A DNA stretch of 64,000 nucleotides. Source: Auanema rhodensis (lineage: Eukaryota > Animalia > Nematoda). This document shows positions 55,609 through 64,000 of this stretch, one piece after another. The notes under the pieces were generated by a model. That model was not told the DNA's origin. It saw only the letters and a program-made list of their open reading frames with translations, and searched no databases. Location of the stretch: contig OZ059900.1 in NCBI GenBank assembly GCA_964057225.1, forward strand, positions 2,604,001 to 2,668,000. The letters are read 5' to 3'. The translations under genes were made by a program, and so were the position numbers. Each line of letters starts with the position of its first letter. The first letter of the stretch is position 1.

Positions 55609-58600
55609 ACAATACACAAAATCAGTCTATTTTTATGAGCTTGCACTGATATATATTCATTTTGATCAAAAAAGGTCGAAAATAGAAAGAATTTTTGAAA
55701 TTTCCGAGTTTTGAGTCTAATTTGGCTAAATCGCTCATATATATGATCAGAAGCATAGGTGTATTGTCTATGACAACAAAAGTCATCAATTAAACGCTAG
55801 TGATGTTTTAATACTGAATTTCGCTCAAATAGCATTACTACACTAAGTATGGTCGTTTTTATGCCTTTAACACCATATACTCACCGATTTTTGGTACAAA
55901 ATCTGTAATACTTGTAAATTTTGATCATATTCGTTAAGATTCGAGAATCAAACACATAATACACGAAATAAGTCTATTTTTACAAGTTTGCACTGATATT
56001 TATTCATTTTGAACAAAAAAGATCGAAAATAGAAAGAATTTTTGAAATTTCCGAGTTTTGAGTCTAATTTGGCTAAATCGCTCATATATATGATCAGAAG
56101 CATAGGTGTATTGTCTATGACAACAAAAGTCATTAATTAAACACTAATGATGTTTAAATCACTAAATTTCGCTCTAATAGCATTACTACACTAAGTATGG
56201 TCGTTTTTATGCCTTTAACACCATATACTCACCGATTTTTGGTACAAAATCTGTAATACTCGTAAATTTTGATCATATTCGTTAAGATTTGAGAATCAAA
56301 CACACAATACACAAAATCAGTCTATTTTTATGAGCTTGCACTGATATATATTCATTTTGATCAAAAAAGGTCAAAAATAGAAAGAATTTTTGAAATTTCC
56401 GAGTTTTGAGTCTAATTTGGCTAAATCGCTCATATATATGATCAGAAGCATAGGTGTATTGTCTATGACAACAAAAGTCATCAATTAAACGCTAGTGATG
56501 TTTTAATACTGAATTTCGCTCAAATAGCATTACTACACTAAGTATGGTCGTTTTTATGCCTTTAACACCATATACTCACCGATTTTTGGTACAAAATCTG
56601 TAATACTCGTAAATTTTGATCATATTCGTTAAGATTTGAGAATCAAACATACAATACACAAAATCAGTCTATTTTTATGAGCTTGCACTGATATATATTC
56701 ATTTTGATCAAAAAAGGTCGAAAATAGAAAGAATTTTTGAAATTTCCGAGTTTTGAGTCTAATTTGGCTAAATCGCTCATATATATGATCAAAAGCATAG
56801 TTTTACTGTCTATGATAACAAAAGTCTTCAATTATACACTAATAATGATTAAATCACTGAATTTCAGTCAAATAGCATTACTACACTAAGTATGGTCGTT
56901 TTTATGCCTTTAACACCATATACTCACCGATTTTTGGTACAAAATCTGTAATACTTGTAAATTTTGATCATATTTGTTAAGATTCGAGAATCGAACACAT
57001 AATACACGAAATAAGTCTATTTTTACAAGTTTGCACTGATATTTATTCATTTTGATCAAAAAAGGTCGAAAATAGAAAGAATTTTTGAAATTTCCGAGAT
57101 TTGAGTCCAATTTGGCTAAATCGCTCATATATAAGATCAAAAGCATAGTTTTATTGTCTATAACAACGAAAGGCATCAATTAAACGCTAGTGATGTTTAA
57201 ATTTTGAATTTCGCTCAAATAGCATTACTACACTAAGTATGGTCGTTTTTATGCCTTTAACACCATATACTCACCGATTTTTGGTACAAAATCTGTAATA
57301 CTCGTAAATTTTGATCATATTCGTTAAGATTTGAGAATCAAACATACAATACACAAAATCAGTCTATTTTTATGAGCTTGCACTGATATATATTCATTTT
57401 GATCAAAAAAGGTCGAAAATAGAAAGAATTTTTGAAATTTCCGAGTTTTGAGTCTAATTTGGCTAAATCGCTCATATATATGATCAAAAGCATAGTTTTA
57501 CTGTCTATGATAACAAAAGTCTTCAAATATACACTAATAATGATTAAATCACTGAATTTCAGTCAAATAGCATTACTACACTAAGTATGGTCGTTTTTAT
57601 GCCTTTAACACCATATACTCACCGATTTTTGGTACAAAATCTGTAATACTCGTAAATTTTGATCATATTTGTTAAGATTTGAGAATCAAACATACAATAC
57701 ACAAAATCAGTCTATTTTTATGAGCTTGCACTGATATATATTCATTTTGATCAAAAAAGGTCGAAAATAGAAAGAATTTTTGAAATTTCCGAGTTTTGAG
57801 TCTAATTTGGCTAAATCGCTCATATATATGATCAAAAGCATAGTTTTATTGTCTATGACAACAAAAGTCATCAATTAAACGCTAGTGATGTTTAAATACT
57901 GAATTTCGCTCAAATAGCATTACTACACTAAGTATGGTCGTTTTTATGCCTTTAACACCATATACTCACCGATTTTTGGTACAAAATCTGTAATACTCGT
58001 AAATTTTGATCATATTCGTTAAGATTTGAGAATCAAACATACAATACACAAAATCAGTCTATTTTTATGAGCTTGCACTGATATATATTCATTTTGATCA
58101 AAAAAGGTCGAAAATAGAAAGAATTTTTGAAATTTCCGAGTTTTGAGTCTAATTTGGCTAAATCGCTCATATATATGATCAGAAGCATAGGTGTATTGTC
58201 TATGACAACAAAAGTCATCAATTAAACGCTAGTGATGTTTTAATACTGAATTTCGCTCAAATAGCATTACTACACTAAGTATGGTCGTTTTTATGCCTTT
58301 AACACCATATACTCACCGATTTTTGGTACAAAATCTGTAATACTTGTAAATTTTGATCATATTCGTTAAGATTCGAGAATCAAACACATAATACACGAAA
58401 TAAGTCTATTTTTACAAGTTTGCACTGATATTTATTCATTTTGAACAAAAAAGATCGAAAATAGAAAGAATTTTTGAAATTTCCGAGTTTTGAGTCTAAT
58501 TTGGCTAAATCGCTCATATATATGATCAGAAGCATAGGTGTATTGTCTATGACAACAAAAGTCATTAATTAAACACTAATGATGTTTAAATCACTAAATT

Positions 58601-60450
58601 TCGCTCTAATAGCATTACTACACTAAGTATGGTCGTTTTTATGCCTTTAACACCATATACTCACCGATTTTTGGTACAAAATCTGTAATACTCGTAAATT
58701 TTGATCATATTCGTTAAGATTTGAGAATCAAACACACAATACACAAAATCAGTCTATTTTTATGAGCTTGCACTGATATATATTCATTTTGATCAAAAAA
58801 GGTCAAAAATAGAAAGAATTTTTGAAATTTCCGAGTTTTGAGTCTAATTTGGCTAAATCGCTCATATATATGATCAGAAGCATAGGTGTATTGTCTATGA
58901 CAACAAAAGTCATCAATTAAACGCTAGTGATGTTTTAATACTGAATTTCGCTCAAATAGCATTACTACACTAAGTATGGTCGTTTTTATGCCTTTAACAC
59001 CATATACTCACCGATTTTTGGTACAAAATCTGTAATACTCGTAAATTTTGATCATATTCGTTAAGATTTGAGAATCAAACATACAATACACAAAATCAGT
59101 CTATTTTTATGAGCTTGCACTGATATATATTCATTTTGATCAAAAAAGGTCGAAAATAGAAAGAATTTTTGAAATTTCCGAGTTTTGAGTCTAATTTGGC
59201 TAAATCGCTCATATATATGATCAAAAGCATAGTTTTACTGTCTATGATAACAAAAGTCTTCAATTATACACTAATAATGATTAAATCACTGAATTTCAGT
59301 CAAATAGCATTACTACACTAAGTATGGTCGTTTTTATGCCTTTAACACCATATACTCACCGATTTTTGGTACAAAATCTGTAATACTTGTAAATTTTGAT
59401 CATATTTGTTAAGATTCGAGAATCGAACACATAATACACGAAATAAGTCTATTTTTACAAGTTTGCACTGATATTTATTCATTTTGATCAAAAAAGGTCG
59501 AAAATAGAAAGAATTTTTGAAATTTCCGAGATTTGAGTCCAATTTGGCTAAATCGCTCATATATAAGATCAAAAGCATAGTTTTATTGTCTATAACAACG
59601 AAAGGCATCAATTAAACGCTAGTGATGTTTAAATTTTGAATTTCGCTCAAATAGCATTACTACACTAAGTATGGTCGTTTTTATGCCTTTAACACCATAT
59701 ACTCACCGATTTTTGGTACAAAATCTGTAATACTCGTAAATTTTGATCATATTCGTTAAGATTTGAGAATCAAACATACAATACACAAAATCAGTCTATT
59801 TTTATGAGCTTGCACTGATATATATTCATTTTGATCAAAAAAGGTCGAAAATAGAAAGAATTTTTGAAATTTCCGAGTTTTGAGTCTAATTTGGCTAAAT
59901 CGCTCATATATATGATCAAAAGCATAGTTTTACTGTCTATGATAACAAAAGTCTTCAAATATACACTAATAATGATTAAATCACTGAATTTCAGTCAAAT
60001 AGCATTACTACACTAAGTATGGTCGTTTTTATGCCTTTAACACCATATACTCACCGATTTTTGGTACAAAATCTGTAATACTCGTAAATTTTGATCATAT
60101 TCGTTAAGATTTGAGAATCAAACATACAATACACAAAATCAGTCTATTTTTATGAGCTTGCACTGATATATATTCATTTTGATCAAAAAAGGTCGAAAAT
60201 AGAAAGAATTTTTGAAATTTCCGAGTTTTGAGTCTAATTTGGCTAAATCGCTCATATATATGATCAAAAGCATAGTTTTATTGTCTATGACAACAAAAGT
60301 CATCAATTAAACGCTAGTGATGTTTAAATACTGAATTTCGCTCAAATAGCATTACTACACTAAGTATGGTCGTTTTTATGCCTTTAACACCATATACTCA
60401 CCGATTTTTGGTACAAAATCTGTAATACTCGTAAATTTTGATCATATTCG
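55609..60450. repeat. 7-monomer tandem HOR (2432 bp), 2 copies
   Basis: Offsets 55948->58380 and 56910->59342 are 2432 = 7x347+3. Private variants gaacaaaaaagatcg, ggtcaaaaat, aacgaaaggcatc and aaattttgaattt are shared. One mismatch was seen (57670 T vs 60102 C). Confidence 0.92.
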
Positions 60451-63400
60451 GTGAGATTTGAGAATCAAACACACAATACACGAAATAAGTTTATTTTGAC
60501 GAGTTTGCACTGGTATTTATTCATTTTGATCAAAAAAGGTCGAAAATAGAAAGAATTTTTGAATTTTCCGAGTTTTGAGTCCAATTGGGCTAAATCGCTC
60601 ATATATATGATCAAAAGCATAGTTTTACTGTCTATGATAACAAAAGTCTTCAAATATACACTAATAATGATTAAATCACTGAATTTCACTCAAATAGCAT
60701 TACTACACTAAGTATGGTCGTTTTTATACCTTCAACACCATATACTCACCGATTTTTGGTACAAAATCTGTGATACTCGTAAATTTTGATCATATTCGTT
60801 AAGATTTGAGAATCAAACACACAATACACAATATCAGTCTATTTTTATGAGCTTGCACTGATATATATTCATTTTGATCAAAAAAGGTCGAAAACAGAAA
60901 GAATTTTTGAAATTTCCGAGTTTTGAGTCTAATTTGGCTAAATCGCTCATTTATATGATCAAAAGCATAGTTTTATTGTCTATGACAACAAAAGTCATCA
61001 ATTAAACGCTAGTGATGTTTAAATACTGATTTTCGCTCAAATAGCATTACTACACTAAGTATGGTCGTTTTTATGCCTTTAACACCATATACTCACCGAT
61101 TTTTGGTACAAAATCTGTAATACTTGTAAATTTTGATCATATTCGTTAAGATTTGAGAATCGAACATACAATACACAAAATCAGTCTATTTTTATGAGTT
61201 TACACTGATATATATTCATTTTCATCAAAAAAGGTCGAAAATAGAAAGAATTTTTGAATTTTCCGAGTTTTGAGTCGAATTGGGCTAAATCGCTCATATA
61301 TATGATCAAAAGCATAGTTTTACTGTCTATGATAACAAAAGTCTTCAAATATACACTAATAATGATTAAATCACTGAATTTCACTCAAATAGCATTACTA
61401 CACTAAGTATGGTCGTTTTTATGCCTTTAACACCATATACTCACCGATTTTTGGTACAAAATCTGTAATACTTGTAAATTTTGATCATATTTGTTAAGAT
61501 TCGAGAATCAAACACATAATACACAAAATAAGTCTATTTTTACAAGTTTGCACTGATATTTATTCATTTTGATCAAAAAAGGTCGAAAATAGAAAGAATT
61601 TTTGAAATTTCCGAGTTTTGAGTCCAATTTGGCTAAATCGCTCATATATATGATCAAAAGCATAGTTTTACTGTCTATAACAACAAAAGTCATCAATTAA
61701 ACGCTAGTGATGTTTAAATACTGAATTTCGCTCAAATAGCATTACTACACTAAGTATGGTCGTTTTTATGCCTTTAACACCATATACTCACCGATTTTTG
61801 GTACAAAATCTGTAATACTCGTAAATTTTGATCATATTCGTTAAGATTTGAGAATCAAACATACAATACACAAAATCAGTCTATTTTTATGAGCTTGCAC
61901 TGATATATATTCATTTTGATCAAAAAAGGTCGAAAATAGAAAGAATTTTTGAAATTTCCGAGTTTTGAGTCTAATTTGGCTAAATCGCTCATATATATGA
62001 TCAAAAGCATAGTTTTATTGTCTATGACAACAAAAGTCATCAATTAAACGCTAGTGATGTTTAAAAACTGAATTTCGCTCAAATAGCATTACTACACTAA
62101 GTATGGTCGTTTTTATGCCTTTAACACCATATACTCACCGATTTTTGGTACAAAATCTGTAATACTCGTAAATTTTGATCATATTCGGTGAGATTCGAGA
62201 ATCAAACACACAATACACGAAATAAGTTTATTTTGACGAGTTTGCACTGGTATTTATTCATTTTGATCAAAAAAGGTCGAAAATAGAAAGAATTTTTGAA
62301 TTTTCCGAGTTTTGAGTCTAATTTGGCTAAATCGCTCATATATATGATCAGAAGCATAGGTGTATTGTCTATGACAACAAAAGTCATTAATTAAACACTA
62401 ATGATGTTTAAATCACTAAATTTCGCTCTAATAGCATTACTACACTAAGTATGGTCGTTTTTATGCCTTTAACACCATATACTCACCGATTTTTGGTACA
62501 AAATCTGTAATACTCGTAAATTTTGATCATATTCGTTAAGATTTGAGAATCAAACATACAATACACAAAATAAGTTTATTTTGACGAGTTTGCACTGGTA
62601 TTTATTCATTTTGATCAAAAAAGGTCGAAAATAGAAAGAATTTTTGAAATTTCCGAGTTTTGAGTCTAATTTGGCTAAATCGCTCATATATATGATCAGA
62701 AGCATAGGTGTATTGTCTATGACAACAAAAGTCATCAATTAAACGCTAGTGATGTTTAAATACTGAATTTCGCTCAAATAGCATTACTACACTAAGTATG
62801 GTCGTTTTTATGCCTTTAACACCATATACTCACCGATTTTTGGTACAAAATCTGTAATACTCGTAAATTTTGATCATATTCGTTAAGATTTGAGAATCAA
62901 ACATACAATACACAAAATCAGTCTATTTTTATGAGCTTGCACTGATATATATTCATTTTGATCAAAAAAGGTCGAAAATAGAAAGAATTTTTGAAATTTC
63001 CGAGTTTTGAGTCTAATTTGGCTAAATCGCTCATATATATGATCAAAAGCATAGTTTTACTGTCTATGATAACAAAAGTCTTCAAATATACACTAATAAT
63101 GATTAAATCACTGAAATTCAGTCAAATAGCATTACTACACTAAGTATGGTCGTTTTTATGCCTTTAACACCATATACTCACCGATTTTTGGTACAAAATC
63201 TGTAATACTCGTAAATTTTGATCATATTTGTTAAGATTTGAGAATCAAACACACAATACACAATATCAGTCTAAGTTTATGATCTTGCACTGATATATAT
63301 TCATTTTGATCAAAAAAGGTCGAAAATAGAAAGAATTTTTGAAATTTCCGAGTTTTGAGTCCAATTTGGCTAAATCGCTCATATATATGATCAAAAGCAT

Positions 63401-64000
63401 AGTTTTATTGTCTATAACAACAAAAGTCATCAATTAAACGCTAGTGATGTTTAAATCACTAAATTTCGCTCTAATAGCATTACTACACTAAGTATGGTCG
63501 TTTTTATGCCTTTAACACCATATACTCACCGATTTTTGGTACAAAATCTGTAATACTCGTAAATTTTGATCATATTCGTTAAGATTTGAGAATCAAACAC
63601 ACAATACACAATATCAGTCTAAGTTTATGATCTTGCACTGATATATATTCATTTTGATCAAAAAAGGTCGAAAATAGAAAGAATTTTTGAAATTTCCGAG
63701 TTTTGAGTCTAATTTGGCTAAATCGCTCATATATATGATCAAAAGCATAGTTTTACTGTCTATGATAACAATAGTCTTCAAATATACACTAATAATGATT
63801 GAATCACTGAATTTCACTCAAATAGCATTACTACACTAAGTATGGTCGTTTTTATGCCTTTAACACCATATACTCACCGATTTTTGGTACAAAATCTGTA
63901 ATACTCGTAAATTTTGATCATATTCGGTGAGATTCGAGAATCGAACACACAATACACGAAATAAGTCTATTTTTACGAGTTTGCACTGATATTTATTCAT

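Larger units (their letters stand above)
1..64000. repeat. Tandem satellite DNA array, 347/348-bp AT-rich monomer, ~183 copies, probably centromeric/pericentromeric; runs off both ends of the window
   Basis: The motif aaatttccgagttttgagtc recurs at 1, 349, 696 and onward. ORF-track offsets are sums of 347/348 (plus 42-bp scars). A single C indel (aaatactg vs aaatcact) gives the two lengths. Monomer 1 has 100 G+C in 348 bp. The centromeric role is an inference from monomer size, homogeneity and array length. Confidence 0.99.

Noticed and set aside
48569-59611. Longer ORFs of 88-101 aa (48569, 49265, 56910, 59342)
   Set aside because: They are simple read-through caused by point variants (aatcgaac, aatgaaac) that remove the usual TGA. 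There is no independent coding evidence.
1642-63817. About 70 near-identical 61-74 aa minus-strand ORFs (MKFSDL.../MMTFVV...) as a multicopy small-protein family
   Set aside because: They are one chance frame of the satellite monomer. They are called in only a minority of monomers, mostly start at GTG/TTG, and appear or vanish with single variants. The K/I/F/L/N-rich composition reflects AT content, and I recognise no domain.
1-64000. CRISPR-like or cassette-diversification system (constant blocks alternating with variable blocks)
   Set aside because: The variable segments are homologous alleles differing by a few substitutions, not unique spacers. There is no cas, recombinase or reverse transcriptase gene in the window.
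1-64000. Embedded transposon, inversion or unique-sequence island
   Set aside because: The monomer register is continuous through the window, with all offsets explained by 347/348/42. All ORF copies lie on the same strand.

Overview
The whole 64 kb window is one uninterrupted, head-to-tail, single-orientation array of an AT-rich satellite DNA. The monomer is 347/348 bp, there are about 183 copies, and GC is about 29% (counted by hand in monomer 1). I see no genes, RNA genes, transposon insertions, inversions or CRISPR array. Every ORF in the track is the same chance minus-strand reading frame of the monomer. The architecture is typical of eukaryotic centromeric or pericentromeric satellite. 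The interest lies in the variant structure: (i) monomers are mosaics of a few allelic modules joined through near-invariant blocks; (ii) there is no single fixed higher-order repeat (HOR), but nested local duplications with offsets of 3, 4, 6, 7, 8, 13, 20, 25 and 33 monomers, up to a >=9.2 kb block repeated at +11,589 bp; (iii) a 42-bp truncated-monomer scar occurs 11 times, only in the left 34 kb; (iv) the variant repertoire switches at about 36.5 kb; (v) many polymorphic sites are CpG vs TpG/CpA. I found no support for a novel protein-coding system. All alignments were done by eye using diagnostic variants and ORF-track offsets, not computed base by base.
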